Of a DNA stretch of 64,000 nt, positions 44,157 to 58,100 are shown one piece after another. The stretch's first letter is position 1. Every line of letters begins with the position of its first letter. Source of the stretch: Octopus bimaculoides (taxonomy: Eukaryota); the NCBI RefSeq assembly GCF_001194135.2, contig NC_068993.1, positions 61,583,896-61,647,895 on the forward strand. The letters are read 5' to 3'. The translations under genes were made by a program, and so were the position numbers. The notes below the pieces were generated by a model, which worked only from the letters and a program-made list of their open reading frames with translations, was not told the origin of the DNA and ran no database searches.

Positions 44157-47100
44157 CTACAAATTATCCATATCTTCAAGTTTTTGAAGCAGATACAAAT
44201 CCTTCGTTTCAGGCACTAATAAGATCAAGAATCCAGCAAGAGTTCCAATGAACCCATAGACACTGAGTGGTATCCAAGAGCCATATACATTGAGACCAAT
44301 GATTATTGGTGCAATAAGACCACCAGCACGAGCGCATGATGAACCTACACCCATTCCAATGTTTCTGAAATACGCAAAAATAAAGAATATTTCACATAAA
44401 TGTAGATATAGATATCTAAAAATTTCAGAGTGTATTTAATACAAAAAAAGGCTGAGAAATAGATTGAGAGTGATATTGTGATTTTAAAGGATACGCATTT
44501 CGAAGTACATTTACTAAAACATTGTTAAAACTCGGATCCATTAAGCTATAACTGGATATTTACATACCTCTGTTGTTAATATTTCCAAAGAGATGGTAAG
44601 GCGGCGAGTCGGCAGAGTCGTTAGCACACCGGGCGGAATGCGTAGCGGCATTTCGTTCCTCTTTACGTTATAAGTTCAAATTCCGCTGATGTCGACTTTG
44701 CCTTTCATCTTTTTGGGGTCGATAAAATAAGTGCCAGTTGAACATTAGAGGCTATGTAATCGACTTATTCCCTCCCTCGAAACTGCAGGCTTTGTGCCAA
44801 AATTTGAAGCCAATATTTCCAGAGATGTCGAGAAGACAAGGGGGAAATGACAAGCGAAATGTAAGCTGGGGAAATATACTAAAAAGTCATCTGCTATAAC
44901 AATCTGTGATATCCATCAACAAGAAATCGGATTTCCCGTAAGGTTGTCACTAATGATACGGTTTCTTAATGAGCTTCAAAACATTGGCCGATGGTAACCT
45001 GATTAGATCACCCTGTCCTTATTTTGTACATGTACAGCTGCACAATTCCAGAGTATATAATCTCTATTTACACACAATGAAGTTATTTCTCTCCTGCATA
45101 CAATCATGACTCAGTTAATTATTGGGGCGCTGGGATATGTAGCACTCTGCCTAAATCACAATCTTGAGGAGTTAGTCTTCTCAAGACCTGAAAGGAGAAA
45201 GCTGATTGGAAGACTACAGAACCAAGTCATCACTGGAACTGTAAAAATCTGTAAAGCTTTCCAGAAGTTTATCATTTAAGTATATATAAGCATGTCTAGA
45301 TATGCAACTATATACATAAGAATACATACCTAAAACAAAATATACAAATCTGCACGTATGCATACATACATACATACATACATACATACATGCCCTGTTG
45401 TTGATGTTGAAATTCCAATGAAGGAGCCGTGGATCTTGAAATAGACTGAATAACGATATACATACATACTCTAGACAGAACTCTAGTCAAAAGCATTTCC
45501 TCATGATCGTTCCACCTTCGAATACGAGGGTAAATGGACAGAAATGATACTCACCTTCTGCACATGCGCTAAAGAAGAAGCTTAACTTTGATGACAGTTT
45601 ATTATTTTTTGTCTTTATATAAATATGTGCGTTTGTTTGTGGTTTATGTTTGCGGGTATGTGTATATTTGTATGCATGCAAAGACATACATGTTTGTGCA
45701 ATATTTCATAGGGAATTATATCGGTACACTTCTATTGCCGAATCATTCCAAGTATACCAGAATGTAACTATTGAGAAATTCCTCTTCAAGGGGTTAAAAT
45801 TATACACCTACCGTACTTCTGTTGGAAAAAGTTCTGCTGACGTCAGAAAAATACCGACAAATGCTGCCGTCCCGCCAAGCTTCCCGAGGACAGCTAATAT
45901 CAGAGGTAACCAAATGTTAACTGAAAAGAAATTGTATATACTGAGCATAAAGATATTTAACTTTTATTAATAGTAAAATAAGTTACGTTGTCGCGGAATT
46001 ATTTCACAGTGAATTGAAGAAATGGATTTTGTGTAGTTGGGATATTGTTTATGATCTTTGGGACTGATAGAAACAGCACACTCTCAAATATTTGAAACAT
46101 ATACTGAAGTTGTTTTGTGCGTGACTATTAGAGAAAGAGAACAATTCGTGAGGCATCAAGTAATTACTGGGGATAAAGAGGATACCTAGGTTTAGGAGGC
46201 ATTGTTATATAACTTTGTTTTGAAAGATGGTCAGAGATTGTATTGCCCCCAAATTTTAAGGATTTAATTACGAGCTTATCATGTGTTCAGACGATGTGCA
46301 CAAAATGAAAGTTTTATGAGCATCGGTGAAAATGCCATACGAAATTTGTGTGTTTTATGGTGACTTTTTTCACAAAGGAGAGATTCCGTGTGATTTGGTA
46401 ATAAGCATTATATGCTACAAAATTAATTAAAATATTGCAATGTTTTAATGGAATAAAGACAAACATTTAGCTGTAAATATATCAATGCACATCAATATTG
46501 ATATGAAAAAAAAAAACAGTACTGAAATGTTGAAATAAATGCATTAACGGAAATTTAGATGAAAATAATATCAGTAAGGGATTGAGAAAAGAACACTTGC
46601 ACATAGGCTCAGATGTGATTCAGGGCGAAAACATGTAATTTCATGTAATTCGGGACGAAAGCATTAAACAAAACATACATCTGTGTAAGTCATTAATATC
46701 TGACGTAGCAGTTTCTACAATTAACGAAAGGATCCTGAAAATATTAGTATGAATTTCTTTCAAATCCTTGATCTAAGTGATAAATGTTCTCAGTCTATAT
46801 TAGATTCCACTCATCCATCAATTATCTCTGCCGTCTATTCACGGGAAAGTCGTGGGAGTAGAGACCTCAGTCACCTCCTCCACAGGGTCCTATCAGAAGC
46901 AACTGACATTACACATTCTTGTAATTCTATTATTCTGTAAAATAATGTTTAATTAGTTTAAATGTACACAAATGCATAAAAATAATTTTTAATTCCATTA
47001 GACAATCTAAAATACTATTAAATTTCATTCAATTTTAAAAAAGGTAAAATCGGACAGAACTTATGGGATGACCTGATATTTAGCAACGAAAGCATGCAAT

Positions 47101-48107
47101 GTTTGATACAACAGAATATTACCTTTAGACACAAAGTTTGAAACAATACAGTTAATTCCACCAAATATCAAGAAGAAGCAAAGCGGCTTACGATGACCAA
47201 ACCATTTAAAGGAAAAATATCCGAGAATGTTGCCTGGAATTTCCACGGCTGCCATCAGCAAGAAGTTCATGTAGCGATTTCCAGACATATCAACAGATAT
47301 TAGCGTCATTCCGAAGTAAATCATACTGCTGACCAACCTGTAATGAAATGGTAGCATTGACTGAAAAGTAACTTGGCTAAACGACTACGTTTGGTAGCCG
47401 GGTACATGTATATGCGATAGCGCGTAGTTATTAATAATCGTTTCAATCTTGACACAAAGTTAGTAGTTTTGAGAGGAAGTGGTAAGTCGGTTACAGCTAT
47501 CCCAGTAATTGGCTGGTGTTTGTTTCATCGATCCTGAAAGAATAAAAGCCAAAGTCGATCTCGGCGGAGTTTCAACTCAGAACGTGAAGACGGTCAAACT
47601 ACCGCTAAGAATTTCGCTCGGGGTGATAACGATTCTTTTTTACTTTAGGTACAAGGCCCGAAATTTATGGGAAGGGGGCCAGTCGATTACATCGACCCCA
47701 GTTCGTAAATGGTACTTAATCTATCGACCCCAAAAAGATGAAAGGCAAAGTCGACCTCGGCGGAATTTGAACTCAGAACGTAAAGACAGATGAAATACCA
47801 CTAAGCATTTCGCCCGGCGTGCTAACGTTTCTTATTTCTTTATTGCCCACAATAGGCTAAACATAGAGGGGACAAACAAGGACAAACAAAGGGATTAAGC
47901 CGATTACATCGACCCCAGTGCGTAACTGGTACTTAATCTGTGCTCAATTGGTACTTAGTTCATAGACCACGAAAGGATGAAAGGCAAAGTCAAGCTCGGC
48001 TGAATTTGATCTCAGGACATAAGGCCGGAAGAAATGCCGCTAAGCATTTTAGCCGGCGCGGTAACGATCCTCCTAGTTTGCCACCTTAATAGTTATTAAT
48101 ATTAACT

Positions 48108-48147
<40 letters not shown>

Positions 48148-49428
48148 TACGATTTTTATTTTGAATATTCTTATAAATTTTACTATAGAATATTGTGATA
48201 CATTTACAATTTTTATGTGTAATACTGAACACAATATAATATTTACCAGTTAAACCAAAGGTTTGAAGAAATCTTTGCTCTTCGACGTGTTTTTAGCAAA
48301 TCTATTGGAGTATAGGTTTTCCGATTCTTCTTTCCTGGATATTCATCAAATTTTGATTTGCTTTCTGCTTCTCTTTGAAGTTTCCTAACACGATTTACAG
48401 TATCCTCATTATCTTTCTTATTTGTTCTTGCTATCCTGTTGAAGGACTCTTCAGCTTCTGAAGATCTCCCTTTACTAAGGATCCATCTTGGAGATTCGGG
48501 AAGATATCTGCAAAGTAAAAATCATTGAACGCCAATAAAATAACGAAGTTTCTTTTTTTTTTATGCAATTGAAAAACTGAAGTTATAAAATATAAAGTTT
48601 GAAATTGTGGCGTGATGCAATTTAGGAGAATTATGCCCACGACGTGTTTATTGTATGTAAGTAGTGTAAAATATATCGTTAAGTTGATAGTTGTCATTAA
48701 ATAGTATGTTTTCGGCATATTTATTCCATGTACAGATACTCACGAATGTATGAAGTTCTATCATAAACAAACACAGCAAACTGAAAATGTTAGGAAATCT
48801 GATAACTTCACAAAAGAAGTGTGATATATGATTTGCAATATCGCACGCACGCACGCACACATATGTACAGGTCGTCGTCGACTTACGACCTATCCGACTT
48901 ACACCCGATTTTCGACGTTTGACTCGCCAGCTCCCGGCAGTAATAATAAATAGTCCAGGTAAAATCCAATGGGTTTAATTTCTTGGAAATTTCTTAGAAA
49001 TTAACCCTTCTACGGATGATGTAAGCTAATAAACGCTTCCCCTAGGTTTGGTTATCGATCGCCACTGTGTCGGATGACTATCCTGTCGCGGAGACATTGA
49101 GGCAACCTCGTATTTGTTTATAAGACAACTGCTTGAGACTCCGAAATTTTTGACTAACACCAGTATAATAGTATAATACAGAATGCTGTGTGTGACTTTT
49201 ACCTGAGAATGTACCTTAATGTAAAAATATAAAACAAAGCTATGTAGACCTATAGGCCGACTCACGACCAGTCAGTCGGAACCAATTGTGGTCGTAAGTC
49301 GACGACGTCTTGTATATATATAGTTGAAATTTATTGAAAAACAAAAGACGAAGACAGGTATATGAACAACAAGCAAAAGTATCAGATTGACGCTCGGGAA
49401 AAGTGAAAAATGCCTTTTACGTTTCAAG

Positions 49429-49502
<74 letters not shown>

Positions 49503-50444
49503 AGCCATTACGAGATTAATAACGCGGTGCAGAACTCAATATACATATGTTTCAGAATGAAATGTTAGCTAAGTATAGACCAGTAATAAGAGAGATGACG
49601 AAGGCATAAATGGTTATCTAAGTTACTTCATTAGCTTACAGCTGTTTCTGCTATCAGATGCAGTGGACGCTTAGTTGAGAGCGTGAATAACAACTTATAA
49701 CTTCATCGGGGCCTCAAATATGAAGAGGAATTTATTTGGGAAAGAATTACATTTGTATTTATATGAGGAACGACATCAACAATGCGAGAAGTCAATACAG
49801 ATGTATATAAAAAAAGTGTATGTCGAGAATGTCATTAGATGTATTAGTGGAAATATATATATTTATACAAACGCATGCACTCTGCGTGGTATCTGCATCT
49901 ACATGTGTGTGCATAGAAGAAATTCAATTTTGGCCTCTTTGCGTAAATAAATTAGCAAGTCAAATCTTATTTATAGACATAATCTCTACGATAAAATGTG
50001 AATACACTAACAGTTAGATTATCGTTACAACCTACAAAAAGATACCTACTTGAATGCCACAATGACGATCAGAATATGTGGAATAGTTGCAGCATAAATT
50101 AGATGCTGCCATTTACGAAGTAGAAACGCCACACCTGCTAGAATTGTTCCTCCAACAGCGAAGGCTCCATTCGTAATAAAATTTATATGTGTCTTGTACT
50201 GTTGAGAGACACATTCTATAACTGTAAAAAGCAAAAAAGAAAGTATAATGTTAGGATTTCTTGCAAACATCATGTACGACAAATTAATACATAATTTATC
50301 AATATAGGTGGTGGCATGACTGTGTGGCAAGAAATTTACTTCTCAGGTACGTTGTTCTGGGTTCAGTCTCACTGCATGGCACCTTGAGCAAGTGTGTAGA
50401 TTTGGTAGACGGAAACTGAAAAACGCGCGTCGTATACACACACG

Positions 50445-50492
<48 letters not shown>

Positions 50493-53308
50493 NNNNNNNN
50501 NNNNNNNNNNNNNNNNNNNNNNNNNNNNNNNNNNNNNNNNNNNNNNNNNNNNNNNNNNNNNNNNNNNNNNNNNNNNNNNNNNNNNNNNNNNNNNNNNNNN
50601 NNNNNNNNNNNNNNNNNNNNNNNNNNNNNNNNNNNNNNNNNNNNNNNNNNNNNNNNNNNNNNNNNNNNNNNNNNNNNNNNNNNNNNNNNNNNNNNNNNNN
50701 NNNNNNNNNNNNNNNNNNNNNNNNNNNNNNNNNNNNAACATGAAATACGTAAACAAACGAGGGAAAAAGAGTAAACTACGTAAACAACGAGAGAAAAATG
50801 GAAAATAGGACAAGTAAACACAGAGAAAGAATCCTTCATCAGTTGCCGGCTGTCTATCTACTCCTCATTTCGAGCATTCAACGACAGTCTGAGTTTTGAA
50901 AGACAGTTGGTCCCATAAATTCTAAAGTAAAATTTAGGATTTATGGAGGGTCAAAGTTTGGAATGAAAAAAAGACTGTGGAAACCGAACGAAAGCAAGCA
51001 TGGAGGGTCGTTAGACCAGAACGAGAGGAAAATAGTGAACGCTGGGAGAAGCATTTTTTTGAAAAGAGAAATGATAGAAGAGAGAAAAATACGGCCGTTC
51101 GTTTAAACGTTAGTGCAGGAACAGAAAGATGGTCACGTGAGGAAAAGAAAGATGGACGAGGGTCAAGTCTGAGCAACGTGTGTGTGTGTGAGAGAATAGA
51201 GAGAGAGAGAGGAGAGAGAGATAGAGGGGAGAGAGAAAGGGGAGAGAGAGAGAACATAATAATCGTCCAAGGACATAAAATATCATGCACCCGTTAATAT
51301 TGTTCTGCGAAGCACATCCAAAATTGTACGCAAAACATTTTCATTTGAAAATAAACAGAAATTATAAATAAAAATTCTCTGTACAAACATCAATCAATAA
51401 AAGTAACACAACATGGCAGCATTTTTACAGAATTGCCAAAGAGACGCAAAGCACAACCTACACAACATATTCTACGCAATTATTATTCAATAAAATAACA
51501 CAGCACTTATTATTCTTAGGCAACAATCGCCAAAATCTTACACAATTCACACTTTATCACAGTGATATTCTCCTAATAATATAAATATCTGTCTCTCTGT
51601 CGGTTTCTACAAGGGTTGCAGTTGATTCGATCAACAGTACAGCCTGTTGTTAACATGCAAGTTGCTGCGCACTCCACAGACATGCTTACCCTTAACGAAG
51701 TTCTCCGGGAGATTCAGCATGACTCATAGTGTGCAAGGCTGGCCCTTTGAATTGCAGGTACAACTCGTTTTTACCAGCTGAGTTGACAAGAACATTGTAA
51801 AGTAAAGTATCTGGCTTAAGGCCACAACACGCCGCCAGGAAACGAAGTTACGACCTTACGACCGTGGTCTGAGTAATCACTAAACCGTAAAACAACTTAC
51901 ATTGTAAATAATCTTCACTACCACCATTGAACAATATAATATATACATGGCGAACGCTCACACCATCTACACCACAAAATTACCTTACATTATAACAAAT
52001 CAGGGCGTATACGCAAAACATACCACACAGTCACTGTACAACGTTATAGAATATTATCAATAACAAACATTTATATATTCTTGAAAAGCTCCACAGAAAC
52101 ATGGAGACCGTATATTTTATTGCCGTTGAAGTTGACATGCAACTAAGTAATGAAATAAAAAGTCCATGTCTGAAGAATTTAAAAATACTTACTATTCGTG
52201 TATAAAATGACAAAATTGCCTGAAAATCCAAATCCTTCAAAGAAGTATATAATAACGAAGATAATATAATTTGGTGCCTGTGTTTTGGCAAAGCTGGAAA
52301 TTATGATAAGTACTTCTGCCGCACAGTATGTTTTGAATCGACCGAATCTGGAAAAAGTAAAATCATTCTGAGCAATGAGTGGTTCAAACATCATTAGCGA
52401 AAATCCTTAAAATTTTCCTACCTCTTAAATTCCTTNNNNNNNNNNNNNNNNNNNNNNNNNNNNNNNNNNNNNNNNNNNNNNNNNNNNNNATATATATGCA
52501 TTTCTTCACACAAGTAGACCATGCAAACTTTGCTTGTCCGCTAGTGAAAGGATTCCCAACAAATCACTTGATACAAGTCCCCTCTTAAATTCCAGAATTG
52601 AGGTGTTTAATCGGTGAAGTCATGAGAGGAAATTCGTATTGAAAAGATAGTATTAACCGCTTCTTGACAGGCGATCGGAAATCGAACATAAACTGACTGT
52701 TTTCGGACGCAACTGGTACAGATCAAAGGGGAGTAACTCAGTCTCGCCCAGAAAGGGTTTCGATTCGAAGAATTTTGTTTCAGGGTTTTTTTCACAACCC
52801 TCGATGTACAAGACTGTATTCCTACCTCCATTGATAGAGTGGTAATGTGTCTCTGGCCAGCAGGTCTGATGAATCGCCGATATTGCTAAGAGCATAATAG
52901 GTGCAAAACCAAGTCTACATTAAACACACGCGTACACATTACTTAAAATGACTTATATTAAGCCGATGCTTCCACCGACAATTCAGATACATTTACTTAC
53001 AACGGTGATATATGTTTATAAATCTCCATTTGTTCATATTAAATTATACCCTTAATGAAAGTGAAAGTTTCGCACTTACTTGTCTGACAATATACCAAAT
53101 GCCAAATTTCCCAGGAAGAAACCCCCAAACATCACAGACACGGCGGTGTTTTTCATCCATTCTCTTTCACAAGCTAAATCAAACTGAAAAAAGGAAAACA
53201 ATGAAATTGTTAACAAAACAATCGTTGAGCAGCTATACAGTTTCATATAGCAATTACAATGATTATACGAAAGTAAGTAATTCAAGGAAATAGACGCGTG
53301 ATATATAT

Positions 53309-53352
<44 letters not shown>

Positions 53353-53962
53353 GGTAAAATTAATTAATTAATTAATTAATTAATTAATTAATAATTAATA
53401 ATTTTACCAAGTACGTTAAGAAATAACTTTCATGGGTAACATTATACAAATATTTTATAATTATAAGCATAATTATAATCAGGGATCAGCTAATTGCTTT
53501 GCGACTCACCGAATTTTGAAATAGCAGCCAACGCACTATTCCGCCACCATAAATATCTCCCAGACAGTAACACAATTAGCTGACCCCTGATTATAATTAT
53601 GCTTATAATTATAGAATATTGGTATAATGCTTATATGCGCAGAATATCTCTGTTTAAAATTAATAGTAGACCCGATATAGTAGTTAGGAGAATTGTGCAA
53701 TATGTAATGGACCGTGCATTTGTATACTTCGTTAAACCTTCTGCAGTGGACTTGCAACGGCCATCGACCGTGTATCGGCAGTTGCAGCTATCTGTTTTAC
53801 GAGTGTTATTAGTGGAAAGGAAAGATGTAGTATTCCTTATAGAGAAATCAAAAGTAGAATTAAGGGCGTTATTAGGAGATTGGATCATATTATTATAATT
53901 GTTGTTATTATTATTGCTATTATTGTTATTTGTAGTGGTAATGGTATTATTATTATTAATAC

Positions 53963-54012
<50 letters not shown>

Positions 54013-54244
54013 TGGCGGTAGTGGTGGTGGTGGTGGTGGTGGTGGTCGTATTAGAGTAATTAATATTAGTATTAGTAGTGTTGCTATTAGTATCAACATT
54101 CGTCTCAGCTACTCTTCGACCTTCATAGGAAACGGGGAATTTTGTATCTTGGTTAATTGTAGTGCTAGGGTTGTGGGTGTTGCATATGCCATCGATATCG
54201 GAGTTAGTGCTTTCATGGCTTTGACTTACGTTATGATTATATAT

Positions 54245-54287
<43 letters not shown>

Positions 54288-55074
54288 TATACGTGTATAT
54301 ATATATATACACTACAACTGACCAACTACTTTCTCCCTTTCTCCCTTCCCCATTTTCACACTACATACGTCAAGATCACCAGCATTCTACCTCCCACACA
54401 CAGCCCCTCGTTCCCGATCACCGTTTGTTATCTCCCCCTTTCTTAGCTCTCCTGAAATAAGAATTTCTAACTTCCGGTCAGTCATTGTTATGATCGGCCA
54501 TTATTATGATTGACCGTTGACTGACCACTATTCAATTTTTTTTCTCCGTGTTTTTCNNNNNNNNNNNNNNNNNNNNNNNNNNNNNNNNNNNNNNNNNNNN
54601 NNNNNNNNNNNNNNNNNNNNNNNNNNNNNNNNNNNNNNNNNNNNNNNNNNNNNNNNNNNNNNNNNNNNNNNNNNNNNNNNNNNNNNNNNNNNNNNNNNNN
54701 NNNNNNNNNNNNNNNNNNNNNNNNNNNNNNNNNNNNNNNNNNNNNNNNNNNNNNNNNNNNNNNNNNNNNNNNNNNNNNNNNNNNNNNNNNNNNNNNNNNN
54801 NNNNNNNNNNNNNNNNNNNNNNNNNNNNNNNNNNNNNNNNNNNNNNNNNNNNNNNNNNNNNNNNNNNNNNNNNNNNNNNNNNNNNNNNNNNNNNNNNNNN
54901 NNNNNNNNNNNNNNNNNNNNNNNNNNNNNNNNNNNNNNNNNNNNNNNNNNNNNNNNNNNNNNNNNNNNNNNNNNNNNNNNNNNNNNNNNNNNNNNNNNNN
55001 NNNNNNNNNNNNNNNNNNNNNNNNNNNNNNNNNNNNNNNNNNNNNNNNNNNNNNNNNNNNNNNNNNNNNNNNNN

Positions 55075-55108
<34 letters not shown>

Positions 55109-58100
55109 CTTATATTTTCATATTTTTTACATTATTCTCTTATCCTTTTATTCTTTATATGTTCCATAATATTTATGTCTCTCCACACTTTCCCTCCGCT
55201 CCCACGCACGCATGCACATCTACTAGATATCAAAGGCGCCCAACATATACGCGTGAGCGCGCTAATATGAGCGCGTATAGTTTTAAAATTAAGTAATAAA
55301 CTACTAACCTGGCGAAAACTTGAGTTCCCCCTGACCAAAAACACTATCTCCCACCTCCCTTATCCCCGTCACCATCCTACCATATTCTATGTAAACTCAA
55401 ATTAATCTCATTACACGAGTTTTAGTGTAAACCAATAAATGGGTTACGGATTAATTGGTTTAAACTTTAAAACTCGTGTATTGAGGTTAGTTTGAATTTA
55501 CATTTGACTTTCAACAACTTCAAATTGTCCACTTCCCGTTCAACTTAACATCTCTCATTCTATCAGTATGTATATCCTAGCTAACAAGCTCATTCTCGAT
55601 TTCTACACCAGAACCTGACTACTACTAATATTTCTTTACCTTCCTACATAATTCCCATACTATGCTTAATAGCAAAAATTTCCAAATATTACTGTCTTAG
55701 ATTGACCATGTGTATAAAAAGCCCAAATCAATTTTCAACACAACAGTTGAAGAATACGTTTATGAATTTGTGATGAAAACTTTCTGATGTGAAACCATGT
55801 GTTGAAACAAATATTGTATTTCGGGACGGTCGTTTTTTTTTTTTTTGCCAGATAAACACACGCACTGTATATTCGGTCTTCACTCGTTTATTACTGTTCT
55901 TATTTTAACCCAAGTCCATTGTCCGGAAATTTTTCGTTACACATTTGTGACCTCTTCAGCGATACTTTCCCTCCGCGTGTGTGCTCCTGCTCCGCTTAGT
56001 CTTCTATACAAGAACAGAATGGACTAAGCGGAACAGGAGCGCACACGAGGACAGAAAGTATCGCTGAAGAGGTCACAGATGTGTGACGAAAGATTTCCGG
56101 ACACTGGACATGGGTTAAAATAAGAACAGTTATAAATAAGTGAAGAGCGAATATATAGTGCGTGTGTTTATTTGGCAAAAAAACATGACCGTCCCGAGAT
56201 ACAACAATGGTTGGAGAATATCTAACTTATATACAATGTTAATATGGTAATGTGTGTTGACCTGACTACAAACAGTAATGTTTTATGACTGTCACTCATC
56301 CAAATTTTGGCCATACAATACTCTTTAATTTTCTTAGGTCGTTCAATTTACCTCAATTGATCAATAAACCAAATGAGTAAATCAATTGAGTAAACCTATC
56401 AGTAGTGTTCCTATAATGACTACTGGACTCAACTGAAAGCCAATTAAGGAGAAAAATGTTATGGCTAGAAAGAAGATGAGCTGTGAACTTTATACTCCTG
56501 TCTTCTGTCTATTGTTTAACTCTTAATCCTTCTACTATTCTATTCCTTTGTACACTGTGCTTTCTCTATCTTGAACTTTCCTACAAACTCACCTTGTCTC
56601 TGATGACGGAATACCCAGTGTATGGAGATGCTAACCTATCACTTGGGATATCGAAAGATTAATTAATTGATCAATTAATTAGGTAATTAATTAATTAATT
56701 ACTTCAAATTCACCTTGCCCTAATTAAATATTCTAAAAGACTTGAGATACTCGTCCTGCCTTGGTTTTGTTGTCCTTTTTCTTCTAATATATACCTGCTA
56801 ACTCGGAAGCCTACTACGGATCCCTAGTTCCAACCTCAGCTGTGAACTTGGAACTTAACGAATGACCAATTATAGCACTTACATAGCGTACCTATTCGTT
56901 TAGATCACCAGTGAACTAAATTCCTCAAGTTATTTGAAGCTATACGAAAGTTCTCGAGCATTCAGTTTTGATTGCATTAAATAAAACTTCACCAATGCAT
57001 AGACTTTATAAAAATACGTTGAGGGAAAGAAATCCAGTAGGAAATGGCCTCAATTTCGAGAAGACATGCGGCTGGCTAGGAGTAAATGAAGCAGGTTAAA
57101 ATTCTAAATGAATTACAGCTGATTATTTAGTTGAATAAAACAATTGGTGACTTTCAAAGAAAAACCGATTGCCAAATTTCAAGCAAATACGTGTTAATTG
57201 TATTGAATATGTATGCTGCTAAATTTATCTCAGCTAGTTGTTAGCTACGATACACATCGATCATAATCGCTTTTCTCAACATACTCTTTTCATATTTGCT
57301 CGATCAGTGGACATAGATGTTTGCAAGGAAATAAAAAGGAAAGAACTATGAGCAGTTAGACTGCGGGAATTTGAATAATAGCATCTAACCAACCTACTTA
57401 CGTCACCTCTCATTGCTTTTCCGCTGAACTCTTCATAGAAACTACATTTATTTTCTCATAGTATTCGTAATTCCTGCATTTTAAATCGGCTTTGGTAACG
57501 ATTTCTCTTTGAGGGAATAAAAAAAAAGACAATTATCTATGTTTCCTGCTTATTAGTTAAGCCCTCATACTTTCGACAAAACACGATATGTATTTATGCG
57601 AGAAACAAACAATTTTCAACAATGAAGTAAAGACTACGTACCTCAGATACAATAGATGAGATTTCCTTGGTATAGAACTTTCGACCATATTTACACGTTT
57701 CCTTTGTAGAATTAATTGTGGGTAGGACATAGAGTCCTTCTTCAGAAACCAGTTTATACACAGAGCATTTCTCCTCTTCTACAGTTATGTTATTTAAGAA
57801 TTCATCCAAGGTGATATTTGATGGAATCATGGATTCATTGAAATTCGAAGGATAACAAGCAAAAGGAATCTTTTCTCTTATAAACACCATTGTTAAAAGT
57901 GAATGACCATAAAATATTATAAATATTACAATTAAGAAAGTTAGTTTCTTTTGAAATAAACCATATCCACCGCATTGTATTAATATTTCCTCGGTAATTT
58001 CAGATATTGACAAACCTAAATTATAAATTAAACAAAATTCATTTCAGTTATTGATTTCTAGACATTCACCACTTAGCGTTTCTGAATGAAGGGAAAATGA

